Shown here: in pieces, positions 9,527 through 19,054 of the stretch | Numbering within the stretch: position 1 is the first letter of the stretch | Layout of the letters: each line of letters begins with the position of its first letter | Source of the DNA: Vulcanimicrobiota bacterium | Lineage (GTDB): Bacteria > Vulcanimicrobiota > Vulcanimicrobiia > Vulcanimicrobiales > Vulcanimicrobiaceae | DNA: 64,000 nt | Assembly (NCBI GenBank): GCA_963733295.1 | Contig: CAVTCS010000003.1 | Location: 2,752,001-2,816,000 of the forward strand | Direction of reading: 5' to 3' | Notes under the pieces: generated by a model | What the model was told of the DNA's origin: nothing | Seen by the model: only the letters and a program-made list of their open reading frames with translations | The model's database searches: none | Program-made: the position numbers and the translations under genes

Positions 9527-10380
9527 GAAGCGCGACCTCCCAGCCACGCGCCGATTTTTCCGAGAAGGCCAACCTCCGTATTGACCGTCGGCGCCGAAAC
9601 GTTCTCGCCGTCGAGCCGCGCCGCGATCGTGCGGTAAGCGGCGCCGGTGGCCGAGCCCGCGTCGAAGGCGAGCGGTTCGCCTTTGTTGGTCGCGACGATG
9701 AGACCCGGCTCGTCGGCGATCACCCCGAGCAGCGGCAAGCGCAGGATCTCGTTTACGTCGGCAACCGACAGCATCTTGCTCTTGCGAACGAGTTCGGGGC
9801 GCAAACGGTTCACGATGAGCTCGGGGCGCCAGCCGCCGGGGAGCAACCCGACGACGCGGTCGGCGTCGCGCACCGCGGAAACCTCGGGCGTACAGACGAT
9901 GATGGCGTGATGCGCGCCGGCTATGGCGTTCTTGAAACCCATTTCGATGCCGGCGGGACAATCGATCAAAACGAAGTCGAAGGTTTCACAGAGCTGCGCC
10001 ATCAGCGCCTTCATCTGCTCGGTGTCGACGTCTTCTTTCTCGCGCGATTGGGCCGCCGCCAGCAAGAAGAGGTTCTCGCTGCGCTTGTCGCGCACGAGCG
10101 CCGACTCGAGATCGACTTTCTCTTCCAGCACGTCGAGCAGGTGATGACGCACGCGGCTCTCGAGGCCGAGGACCACGTCGAGGTTGCGCAGACCGACGTC
10201 GGCATCGACCAGCGCGACCCGTTTGCCGCGGGCTGCCAACGCCGCGCCCACGTTGGCGGTCGTCGTCGTCTTGCCGACGCCGCCTTTCCCCGAGGTGATG
10301 ACGATCGCGCGGCCGCGCCTGACCGCGGCGCTTTGCGCGGCTTCCTGATCCGTCTCGAGGGACGTTTCGTAAGCTCGCAT
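9523..10380 (-). CDS. minD: Septum site-determining ATPase MinD (copy 2)
   Basis: TSGKGGVGKTT, DADVGLRNLD, IDCPAGIE, PEVSAVRDADR, amphipathic C-terminus. Confidence 0.9.
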   Translation of the reverse strand: MRAYETSLETDQEAAQSAAVRRGRAIVITSGKGGVGKTTTTANVGAALAARGKRVALVDADVGLRNLDVVLGLESRVRHHLLDVLEEKVDLESALVRDKRSENLFLLAAAQSREKEDVDTEQMKALMAQLCETFDFVLIDCPAGIEMGFKNAIAGAHHAIIVCTPEVSAVRDADRVVGLLPGGWRPELIVNRLRPELVRKSKMLSVADVNEILRLPLLGVIADEPGLIVATNKGEPLAFDAGSATGAAYRTIAARLDGENVSAPTVNTEVGLLGKIGAWLGGRAS

Positions 10381-10384
10381 CCGG

Positions 10385-11176
10385 CTACCCCGCCTTCCAA
10401 AGAGTGAAGAATTGTTTGAGCAAACTCGGCGCCTCGAGATTGGTGAAGGGCACGATCTCGCCTTCGAGGCGGCGCGCGATCTTGGTATAGATTGCCGCGA
10501 GGCGCCTGGTGTCGTCCAGCACGAGGGGCTCGCCGCGATTGGTCGTGTCGATGACTTCCTCGTCTTCGGGGATGACGCCGAGCAACTCGGCCGATAAGAT
10601 TTGAGCGACGTCTTCGACCGACATCATATCGCCGCTCTTTACCATTTCGGGTCTGATGCGATTGACGATCAAACGCAGCGGGAGATGGCGTTCGGTCAGC
10701 TTCCCGACGACGCGGTCCGCGTCGCGAATGGCGCTTACCTCGGGCGTCGTCACCACGATCGCCTCCCGCGCTCCGGCGATCGCGTTGCGGAAACCGTGCT
10801 CGATGCCGGCGGGGCAGTCGATGAAGATGTAATCGGCCATCTCGGCGAGCTCGTCGATGACGCGCACCATCGCTTCTTCGCTGACGGCCGTCTTCTCGCG
10901 CGTCTGCGCGGCGGGGAGCATCGAGAGCGACTCGAAGCGCTTGTCGCGGATCAGCGCTTGACGGAGTTGACAGCGTCCCTCGACGACTTCGACCAGATCG
11001 AAGACGATTCGCTTTTCGACGCCCAGCACGAGGTCGAGATTGCGCAAGCCGATGTCGGTATCGACCAGCACGACGTTGCGGCCGCGCTTGGCGAGCGCGG
11101 CGCCGAGGTTCGCGGTCGTAGTCGTCTTTCCGACGCCGCCTTTGCCCGAGGTGATCACGATCCGGCGCGCGCTCAC
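10385..11176 (-). CDS. minD: Septum site-determining ATPase MinD (copy 1)
   Basis: TSGKGGVGKTT, DTDIGLRNLD, PEVSAIRDADR, membrane-targeting SLLKQFFTLW. Confidence 0.93.
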   Translation of the reverse strand: MSARRIVITSGKGGVGKTTTTANLGAALAKRGRNVVLVDTDIGLRNLDLVLGVEKRIVFDLVEVVEGRCQLRQALIRDKRFESLSMLPAAQTREKTAVSEEAMVRVIDELAEMADYIFIDCPAGIEHGFRNAIAGAREAIVVTTPEVSAIRDADRVVGKLTERHLPLRLIVNRIRPEMVKSGDMMSVEDVAQILSAELLGVIPEDEEVIDTTNRGEPLVLDDTRRLAAIYTKIARRLEGEIVPFTNLEAPSLLKQFFTLWKAG

Positions 11177-12033
11177 CGGCGCAACTCCGCCGCGGCGTAC
11201 GGCGCGATGGCGATGCGTTCGCCCTCGACGAAGGCCATCTCGGGACGCTGTCCGGCGCGCCGGCGCTCGCCGGCTGCAATCGAGGTGGCGATGCGAAGTT
11301 GCGTCGGCGCCAGTTCGAGCGCGACGACTCGCGCCGCGCTGTCGCCCTGCGCGCCGGCGTGCGCCGTGCCGCGCAGCGCGCCGAACACGAGGATGTCGCC
11401 GGTCGCAACCAGCTCGGCGCCCGGGTTGACGTCGCCGACCACGACGATGTTTCCGATTTGTTGCAAGGATTGGCCGCCGCGAACCGTGCCTCGAAAATAG
11501 AGCGTTCCGTCGACGGGCGGCGCGCCGGGCGCCGGCTCGGATGGGACCGGCAGCGCGGGCGCCGCGGCCGGAGCGTGCGGCGCGATCTTTGGCTTGCGGA
11601 CCGAGGCTTCGCCGCGCGCCCGGCGCTCGGCGATGTCGGCCCGGGCCCCGGCGAAATCCGCCTCGAGCGAACGGGCCGCTTCGGTGAGCGCGACGCTGCG
11701 AGCGGCTTTGGCGGCGCGCCTGCGCCCGAGGCTCGCAACGCTCGCCCGCGGAGCCAAACCGAGATACGGCAAGCCGCTCTGTTCGGCTAGGCCCGAAGAG
11801 CCATCGGGTCCGTAGAGACCGTTCAACTCGATGCCGTACGCGGCGACCGCCTGAGCGAAGCCGCGCAAATCGGCGGGCGGCGGCAGTTCGAGTCCGACGA
11901 ACACCGCAGTCGCGCGGCTCCCGCGATAAAAGCCCGGCCGTTCGGCGAGGCGCGCGAAGACCTCCGTGGAGGCATCCTCGAACGATTCGTCGCCGAAAAC
12001 GAACTCAAGGCCGGCCGCCGTCCCGCGAAGCAA
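11173..12033 (-). CDS. minC: Septum site-determining protein MinC (start uncertain; TTG 12033 chosen)
   Basis: C-terminal GTVRGGQ, VVVGDVNPGAE, GALRGTAHAG, PTQLRIA; N-terminal LRGTAAGL. Confidence 0.85.
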   Translation of the reverse strand: MLRGTAAGLEFVFGDESFEDASTEVFARLAERPGFYRGSRATAVFVGLELPPPADLRGFAQAVAAYGIELNGLYGPDGSSGLAEQSGLPYLGLAPRASVASLGRRRAAKAARSVALTEAARSLEADFAGARADIAERRARGEASVRKPKIAPHAPAAAPALPVPSEPAPGAPPVDGTLYFRGTVRGGQSLQQIGNIVVVGDVNPGAELVATGDILVFGALRGTAHAGAQGDSAARVVALELAPTQLRIATSIAAGERRRAGQRPEMAFVEGERIAIAPYAAAELRR

Positions 12034-12230
12034 GGCTAGCGTTCCGGCGCGTGGTTGCGCGCTGCCAGTCCGGTTATCAATTTCTCGAGGGATGCAACGC
12101 GCGGTCCAAGGCGCCCTTTGCCGTCCACACCGGACTCGCAATTTGCTGCGTTTATGAACATGGAACTCACCGGGTGCTCACAGCCGTTTGTCGAAAACTC
12201 GTTAACTTGGCTTCCCCGAGGTGTTCACCC

Positions 12231-14246
12231 GTGTTCCTCCGCCGTTTGGTCCACGCCGGTCTGGCCGCATCCATGCTCGTCGCGCTCGTGCCGGCACCGG
12301 CCGGCGCGGAAACGACCGCGCAGGAGATCGGGCAGGCGAAAGAAGTCGACAAACAGGTTCTCGATCAATACAATCTCGTCACCGATCCGCTCCTGAACAC
12401 CTGGGTTACCGCGGTCGGCGAGAGGCTTTGGACCGAAGTCGCCCGTCGCGACGTTCCGTACAACGTCAAGATCCTCGACGCGCAAGACATCAACTCGTTC
12501 ACCATCGGCGGCGGCTACATCTACATCGATGAAGCGACGCTCGACTTCGTTCAGTCGGACGACGAGCTGGCGGGCGTACTCGGACACGAGACCGGTCACA
12601 ACGAGCGGCGGCACACCGTCACGCTGCCGGCAAAAGCACAAGCGCTGAACCTTCTGTTCGGGATCGCGTCGCTGTTTTCGCCCTTCATCTACCGCTTCGG
12701 ACAAATCGCCGAGGCCGGCCTGATCGCCAAACAGGAACGCGCCGACGAGCTGCAAGCCGACCAGTACGGCTTGCAGTTGATGGCGCGCGCCGGCTACGAC
12801 CCGGACGGGTTCCTGAACTTCATGAAGCATCTCGACGTCGTCTCACACGAGCAGCCGAGCATCGTCGACAAGTATTTTCAGGATCATCCGGGATTCTCCG
12901 ACCGGGAAGCCCACCTGATGGGCTACGAGGCGCTCGATCCGACCAAGCGGACGGTCGATCAAATTCTCGTTCAGGGACTCCAGGACGAAAGAGAAGCGCG
13001 CTACAGCTACTCGGCGTACAAGTTCGCCCAAGTCCTGAAAGCCGATCCCGGCAACGCGACGGCGTTGCTGCACGAGGGCGCGGACCAACTCGCCTTGGGA
13101 CAGACCGAAAAGAGTCAGCAGACGCTGGCGCAGGCCGCCCAGAACGGCAATGCCGAGACGCGCTCTGCGGCGCTGAGCAACATCAAAGAACTGCGCGAGA
13201 GCGAGGCCAAGTTCACCTTCGTCGTCCATCCGAACCTGGCGCCGCTGCGTCAGCAGGTCGCGGACGCTCAGCTGCGCGAGACGCAAACCGCGCCGGCCGT
13301 CGAGATACGCCACGACGCGGGACGCGATCAAATCAAAACGGTCGACAACCGCGTTCAGAACATCTCGTACGGCATGCCCGATTTCAGCCGCGTCGTCATT
13401 AAGCCGGGCAGCCGGCTCGAGGCGGTCGTCAAGAATCTCAACGCGATGGCGCGCGCGATCGATAAGTCCTTTACCTCGTCATCGTTCGCGATCGGCAGCG
13501 TCGGCACCATGGCGAAGAATAAAGAGAGCGGCGCGATCAAGGAGAACTCGGACATCCTTCGCGAACTGGCGGCGCCGCTTTCGGTCGATCCGGTCCCCGC
13601 GCAGTCGTTGGCGATCCTGCCGACCTATCCGCGTATGCTCGACGATCTCGCGCTGGCGGACGGCGATATGATCCGTTCGCTCGACGCCGCCCGCTCGTCC
13701 CTCGCATTGCTCGACGTTGCGCTCGGCGATCTCGACGATTTCGTCAAGCGCCTGGCTCGTTCGCAACTCGATTTCCACGGCGACCTCAGCCAGCTCGACT
13801 ACGAAGCGTTGCTGCCGTCGATGCAGAAGGCGTCGGATCACCTCGCCAAGGCGGCGATCGCCGGTTCGCAAGCCGCGCAACTCGCCAACCTCGCGCGCTC
13901 GCGCCAGCTGCAGTCGCGGATCACGATGCTGGGAGTCGGTTACCCCCAGGACCGCTACGCGACGCTGCAATACGCACTCCAACAGCGCGTCCAGAACGAC
14001 GGCCTCGACTATGCGTCGATGCAAACGCACGGCCTGTCGCCGGGCGAGGTCGCAGCGGCCTCGATCGTCGCTGCCGACACCAACACGACGCCGCTCGCCG
14101 TCGTCGAGGAAGCGAAAGCCACGAACCGCCAGATCGTCGACATCGCGAACGACCGCGGCATGCACGCCGAAGCGCTCGAGATTTTCCTGGGGCTAGTATA
14201 TCTCGACTATACCGACGATCCGCTCAAGGAATCCCGCGGACACTGA
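12231..14246 (+). CDS. Secreted M48 metalloprotease with TPR and long helical C-terminal region
   Basis: GTG 12231 after GAGGTG; INSFTIGGGYIYI, ELAGVLGHETGH, ELQAD, QDHP. Confidence 0.88.
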   Translation: MFLRRLVHAGLAASMLVALVPAPAGAETTAQEIGQAKEVDKQVLDQYNLVTDPLLNTWVTAVGERLWTEVARRDVPYNVKILDAQDINSFTIGGGYIYIDEATLDFVQSDDELAGVLGHETGHNERRHTVTLPAKAQALNLLFGIASLFSPFIYRFGQIAEAGLIAKQERADELQADQYGLQLMARAGYDPDGFLNFMKHLDVVSHEQPSIVDKYFQDHPGFSDREAHLMGYEALDPTKRTVDQILVQGLQDEREARYSYSAYKFAQVLKADPGNATALLHEGADQLALGQTEKSQQTLAQAAQNGNAETRSAALSNIKELRESEAKFTFVVHPNLAPLRQQVADAQLRETQTAPAVEIRHDAGRDQIKTVDNRVQNISYGMPDFSRVVIKPGSRLEAVVKNLNAMARAIDKSFTSSSFAIGSVGTMAKNKESGAIKENSDILRELAAPLSVDPVPAQSLAILPTYPRMLDDLALADGDMIRSLDAARSSLALLDVALGDLDDFVKRLARSQLDFHGDLSQLDYEALLPSMQKASDHLAKAAIAGSQAAQLANLARSRQLQSRITMLGVGYPQDRYATLQYALQQRVQNDGLDYASMQTHGLSPGEVAAASIVAADTNTTPLAVVEEAKATNRQIVDIANDRGMHAEALEIFLGLVYLDYTDDPLKESRGH

Positions 14247-14253
14247 CGCAGCC

Positions 14254-15267
14254 ATGAGTTTTTTCCAATCCACGGCGATCGGCAGCGCGGATCTGCTGAC
14301 GATGGTGCGCAAGAGCATCGCCGCAACCGCGCGCAACGAAGACGTCCAGCGGCCGTTCCGCTTTCTGCTGTGCGGCGATCCGTTTCTCGTGGCCGAGTTC
14401 CGCGCGCTGTTGCTGCGAACGGTCGAGCACGAGGATCACGTTCCGCTCGACGCGGGCGCGACGCTCGAAACGATCGATCCGCTGCGCCGGCCGACCGTGC
14501 TCGGTCCGGACGCTCGCTGCATCATCTTTCTCGCGCGGCCGGGCGACCTGCCGGGCGCGCGCATCGATCTGCTCGAGCACCTTCATTTACCGATATTCCT
14601 CATAACCGTCGACCCGGCGAATCCGGCTTCGGCGCCGCTCCTCGCACCGGCGGCCGGGAGCGCCGCGGACTACAGCGTTCCGCAGCTCGACCGGGAGAGT
14701 TTGCGGCTGCGCGTTTTTCCGCACATCGTCGAGCGCTGCGCCGGCATCGAGGTCGCGGTTGGACGGAGGCTTCCCGCGCTGCGCGCGAGCGTCTCCGGAA
14801 AGCTCACGCGCGACGCCGCGTCGTCGGCGCTCAAGGTCGCGGCGGTGAGCGCGCTGGTCGACCACGTTCCGGTTTTAGGCATCGTACTCGGCGCGGTCGC
14901 TTCGGCCGGCGACATGGTCGCGATCACCGGAATTCAGATCGTTCTCATGATGCAGATCGGCGCGACCTACGGTAAGGACCCCGACATGCAGCGCATGTGG
15001 GAACTGCTTCCGGTCGTCGGCGGGGGCCTCGGCTGGCGAGCGCTCTCGCGCGAGCTGTCCGGTTTCATTCCTGTCGCCGGGGTCGCGATCAAGAGCTCGA
15101 TCGCGTACGCGGGCACGATCGTCGTGGGCGAGGGTGCGACCTTCTACTACGAGCACGGCCGGCACATGACGGCCGCGCAAGCGAGTCAGCTCTACGAAGA
15201 GCGGCGCCGCGCGGCCATGACGTTCGCGCGCGCCTTCGTTTCGCGCCTGCGCAAGAAGGACCGTTAA
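14254..15267 (+). CDS. DUF697/YcjF-like membrane-associated protein
   Basis: C-terminal DMVAITGIQIVLMMQIGATYG...FIPVAGVAIKSSIAYAGT pattern. Confidence 0.65.
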   Translation: MSFFQSTAIGSADLLTMVRKSIAATARNEDVQRPFRFLLCGDPFLVAEFRALLLRTVEHEDHVPLDAGATLETIDPLRRPTVLGPDARCIIFLARPGDLPGARIDLLEHLHLPIFLITVDPANPASAPLLAPAAGSAADYSVPQLDRESLRLRVFPHIVERCAGIEVAVGRRLPALRASVSGKLTRDAASSALKVAAVSALVDHVPVLGIVLGAVASAGDMVAITGIQIVLMMQIGATYGKDPDMQRMWELLPVVGGGLGWRALSRELSGFIPVAGVAIKSSIAYAGTIVVGEGATFYYEHGRHMTAAQASQLYEERRRAAMTFARAFVSRLRKKDR

Positions 15268-15279
15268 GCCTCCCAGAGC

Positions 15280-16029
15280 CTAGGCCAGCGACGTTTCCGC
15301 CAAGTGGACCAAGAGCGCCTCGTCGCTGAGGTGCGCGTAGTGCGCGCCGAGCTTCGGGCGAATCGCCGTTGCGATTCGCGTCGCCAAAGCGTCGCGAGCT
15401 TCGCTGGTGAGCGAGTCGCGCCGCGCGACGAAACGCCGCACGAGATCGCATTCGTCGGACGAAAGGTCGCGCGTCAAAGGATCGTCGCGCTCTTCGCCCG
15501 GGCGCGACGTAACGAGTCGCCGGCGCTCGTACGGGTTGTCCCGCACCACCAGCGTGCCCGCCGCGTAGTCGCCGAGGCGTTGATTGCGCGGCGAAAGGAG
15601 CGCGCACACCGCCGAGATGGCGTAAAAACCCAGCACGACTTCCACGATCCGCACGCAGTTGCGAATGACCGAGCCCGTAAAGTCGAGCGCGACGCCGCCT
15701 TCACGGATGACGCGGAGTCCGAGCAAACGCTTTCCGGGGGTGCGACCTTCCCAGAGCCATTCGGAGATGATGAAGTACCCGAAGAACAGCAGAAAGAGCG
15801 CGATGACGATCAGCGCTTCCATGACCGCCGTCTCGACTTTGGTTAGCGCAGGAGCCTTCGCAGTGCCCTCCCGGCTGCCCAGGAGCGCGAGGCCCGTGAC
15901 GATCGCGACGAGCACCGAGAACTGAATCGTCATATCGATGAACACGGCAAAGAAACGGCTGCCCAGGCCGGCGAGCTCGTAGCTGAACGCGACGCTTTCC
16001 CCGGTCGCGATCTCGATCGAACGTTCCAT
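15280..16029 (-). CDS. RDD family membrane protein
   Basis: LAGLGSRFFAVFID, GRTPGK, QRLGDYAAGTLVV; ATG 16029. Confidence 0.9.
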   Translation of the reverse strand: MERSIEIATGESVAFSYELAGLGSRFFAVFIDMTIQFSVLVAIVTGLALLGSREGTAKAPALTKVETAVMEALIVIALFLLFFGYFIISEWLWEGRTPGKRLLGLRVIREGGVALDFTGSVIRNCVRIVEVVLGFYAISAVCALLSPRNQRLGDYAAGTLVVRDNPYERRRLVTSRPGEERDDPLTRDLSSDECDLVRRFVARRDSLTSEARDALATRIATAIRPKLGAHYAHLSDEALLVHLAETSLA

Positions 16030-16087
16030 CTGCTGCGGCAGCTTGGCTCCGGGGAGGCATCGGCCGAGTCCTGCGTAAGCACGCGCG

Positions 16088-17053
16088 ATGCGCGAACACA
16101 CCTTCGTCGCGAATCGCCAGGAGGGTTGGGACCGCCTCGAAGCGCTGCTCGCGCGCGCCGACCGCTCGGGTCTGCGCTCGTTCCCGGCTGCCGACCTTCA
16201 GGCGCTCGGCTTTTCCTACCGCTCCGCGACCTCGGATCTCGCAGTCGCGCAGAGCCGCAACTACTCGGAAGATCTGCGAGCCTATTTGAACCGGCTGGTC
16301 GCGCGAGCGCACGCGTACGTCTACGCGGACGTGACGGGCAACAGCTGGCGCCGCGTCGCGCGGTTTTTCAGCGAAGTTTTTCCGAGTGAGGTCCGCGCCT
16401 CGTGGCGCCCCATCCTCGCCTGCACCGCGCTCTTCGTCCTCGCAGCGATCGCGTCGTACTGGATCGTGGCGCAGCGGCCGCTGAGCGTCTACGCACTGCT
16501 GCCTGCCGAAGACGTTCCGCTCATTCGCAAGAGCTTGCACGATTCCAACTTCGCCTTCGACTCGAGCTTCGCGCCGGTGATGTCGAGCGCGATCATTACG
16601 AACAACATCAAAGTAGCGGCGATTGCGTTCGCCGGCGGCATGACGGTCGGCATCGTCACCCTCTGGGAGATTCTAAACAACGGGCTGATGGTCGGCTCTC
16701 TCGGCGCGCTCTTCGCGACGAAGGGCTTCGGACGAGACTTTTGGGCGACGGTCGCGCCCCACGGTGTGATCGAGTTGAGCGCGATTCAGATCGCCGGCGG
16801 GGCGGGTTTGCTGCTGGCGCAGGCGATTGTCGCACCGGGCCGCTTGCGGCGCGCCGACGCGTTGCGCGTCAACGGACGGCGAGCCGGCGTCCTCATGCTG
16901 GGCGTTGCCGGGATGCTCGTCGTCGCGGGTCTGATCGAAGGCTTCGTTTCGCCCACCCGGACCTCTGAGGGTTTCCGGCTCAGCGTCGGCGCCCTCACCG
17001 GCGTGCTCCTGATCGCCTACCTTGGACTCGCCGGCCGCCCGCGCGTTCGTTAG
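16088..17053 (+). CDS. Stage II sporulation protein M family membrane protein
   Basis: YR...DL, YLNRLV, NNIKVA, PHGVIELSAI, AGLIEGFVSP. Confidence 0.88.
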   Translation: MREHTFVANRQEGWDRLEALLARADRSGLRSFPAADLQALGFSYRSATSDLAVAQSRNYSEDLRAYLNRLVARAHAYVYADVTGNSWRRVARFFSEVFPSEVRASWRPILACTALFVLAAIASYWIVAQRPLSVYALLPAEDVPLIRKSLHDSNFAFDSSFAPVMSSAIITNNIKVAAIAFAGGMTVGIVTLWEILNNGLMVGSLGALFATKGFGRDFWATVAPHGVIELSAIQIAGGAGLLLAQAIVAPGRLRRADALRVNGRRAGVLMLGVAGMLVVAGLIEGFVSPTRTSEGFRLSVGALTGVLLIAYLGLAGRPRVR

Positions 17054-17673
17054 CGAGCGTTCTTGCTTTCGGAGTCCGCCAGCGACTGGTCGAAGGCCGC
17101 CTTCAAGTCGACCGACTGATTGAGGCTCGGGTTAATGAAGAGCCTGGCAAAGCTTCCCGTCAGGTTGCCGCCGTGCACGTGCAGGTTATGCGCGCTCGCG
17201 GTTGCCTCGACGACGTGCGGCACCGGAGCGGACCACGAGGCACCGCCGTATGCATCGAGCGCGAGATCGTACGTCACGTGAAATTTCGGATCGAACCAAT
17301 GTCCGAAGGGTGACTTCGTGCGGAAATCGAGCGCGTTGCCCGCTACGGCATAGTGCATTCCGAGCACGCCGTTTGCGAGGTTCGAGGTATCGATCGAAAC
17401 GCGCCCGGGTCCGCCAAAGGTGCACGTCGTACCGTACGCCGTCGTTCCCGGCGCGAGCGCGCCGGGCTGCTCGAGGCGCGCGCGTATTTTATCGCACGCC
17501 GCGTTTTGCATCCGCGTCCAGACGCCCGCGAAAGCGCCGCCGATCAACGCGCTCAAGCCCGCGGGGGGCGGCGCCGGCAGCGCAGACGTCGCCGCCGCGC
17601 GCAGCGGCGCCGCGACGAGTGCGCTCAGCAGCAGAGCAAGCGCCGGTCCCAGCCAGCGTCCGAATTTCGGCAT
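17050..17673 (-). CDS. Hypothetical secreted beta-rich protein
   Basis: ATG 17673; signal peptide MPKFGRWLGPALALLLSALVAAPLRA; fills the gap after DUF58. Confidence 0.6.
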   Translation of the reverse strand: MPKFGRWLGPALALLLSALVAAPLRAAATSALPAPPPAGLSALIGGAFAGVWTRMQNAACDKIRARLEQPGALAPGTTAYGTTCTFGGPGRVSIDTSNLANGVLGMHYAVAGNALDFRTKSPFGHWFDPKFHVTYDLALDAYGGASWSAPVPHVVEATASAHNLHVHGGNLTGSFARLFINPSLNQSVDLKAAFDQSLADSESKNAR

Positions 17674-17720
17674 CAGGCAAAGTTCGCGCGAGCGACTCCA
17701 CAACTCTCCCTTACGGGCCA

Positions 17721-19052
17721 CTAAAGTAAGCCGCGCGCCTTGACGTCGAGATAGGCGTCCAGAATTGCGACCGTCAGTTTCGCAGCCGGCACGTCGATCA
17801 CGATCGTGCCGCCGGCGCGCAGCTGCGCGATCGCCTTGGAGCGTTCGTCGGCCAGCGTCATGGCGACGCTCGTGCGATAGGCGTCGTGGGCCGTGCGCGG
17901 TTCGTTCTCTAAGGCATTCGAGATCGCGGCGTCGTTCATGAGCACGCACATCACGAGATGCCGCCGGCTCAAGAGGGCAAGCCCGGAGAGGACGGCAACC
18001 GAGCTCACCGGATCGAACATGTCGGTGAATAACACGATCAGACTGCGTTTGCTGTAATCCCGTTTGAGACGGGCGAAGATCGTCTCGTAGTCGGGTTCTT
18101 CGAGCCGCGCTTGCAGATCGTTGGCGGCTCGCGTGAGCGCGTTCACGTGAGCGGCTCCGCGACGCGGCGCGAGGTTCAACAGCGGCTGGGCCGCGAAGGC
18201 GAGAATGCCGACGTGGTCGTCGGCATTCTGCGCGACGCGCGCGACCGAGAGCGCCGCCGTCAGCGCGTAGTCGAACTTGCGCTGCAGCCCGACCCGCGGC
18301 GTCATCATTCGTCCGCAATCGAGCGCGATGCAGATCTGTTGGCTTCGCTCGACCTCGTGCTGAGCGACCATCAAGCGTCCGCGGCGCGCCGTGGCTTTCC
18401 AATCGACCGAGCGAAATCCGTCGCCCGGCAGATACTCGCGCAGGCTCTCGAACTCGCTGCCGGCACCCCGCAAGCGGAGCCTCCGTAAGCCCACGTCGAG
18501 CAGCGTGTTGCGCCGCGCCAGCGTTCCGTAGTTTTCGACCGCGGAGAGATCGGGGAAGACGCGCACCTCTTCGTTGGCTGCGACGGCGAAGCGGCGACGC
18601 AGCAGCCCGACGCGATTCTCCACCCAGAAGTAAAGTTTCCCAAAAGTCGCCGGGCCGCGTTCGCGCGCGAGAAAATCGAGCGACGCTTCGGCCTGCGCGT
18701 TCGCCGCGATGCGGACCTCGAGGACATCGCGTTCGAACGCGATCGTGGGAATCGGCGTCTCGATCAAACCCAAGCGAATCGGAATCGAGGCGCGGTTCTC
18801 TAGCGAGTACACCACCTTTGAGGGGCGGCGCAAAGCGATCGCGCCGACCGGCCTGCGGACGACGCGCAAGAAGCGGGCCGAGGGGCCGGCGGCAACGTCG
18901 AAGAGCAGGCACGCCACGAAAACGGCGGCGCCCACATACACGAGCAACATCAGGGACGGCACCACGCTCGCCACGGCGAGCAGGAGCGTCAGGGCGAGCA
19001 ACGCCCACACGCCGCGCGCGCTCAGCCACAAGGCCGGAAAGATCGGGTGCAA
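17721..19052 (-). CDS. DUF58 (vWA-like) MoxR partner
   Basis: GSEFESLREYLPGD, DWKATARR, DCGRMM, LIVLFTD. Confidence 0.9.
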   Translation of the reverse strand: MHPIFPALWLSARGVWALLALTLLLAVASVVPSLMLLVYVGAAVFVACLLFDVAAGPSARFLRVVRRPVGAIALRRPSKVVYSLENRASIPIRLGLIETPIPTIAFERDVLEVRIAANAQAEASLDFLARERGPATFGKLYFWVENRVGLLRRRFAVAANEEVRVFPDLSAVENYGTLARRNTLLDVGLRRLRLRGAGSEFESLREYLPGDGFRSVDWKATARRGRLMVAQHEVERSQQICIALDCGRMMTPRVGLQRKFDYALTAALSVARVAQNADDHVGILAFAAQPLLNLAPRRGAAHVNALTRAANDLQARLEEPDYETIFARLKRDYSKRSLIVLFTDMFDPVSSVAVLSGLALLSRRHLVMCVLMNDAAISNALENEPRTAHDAYRTSVAMTLADERSKAIAQLRAGGTIVIDVPAAKLTVAILDAYLDVKARGLL

Positions 19053-19054
19053 GC

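Noticed and set aside
16088..17053. Evidence of sporulation from the SpoIIM-family gene
   Set aside because: This subfamily accompanies MoxR clusters in non-sporulating bacteria; no other spo genes here
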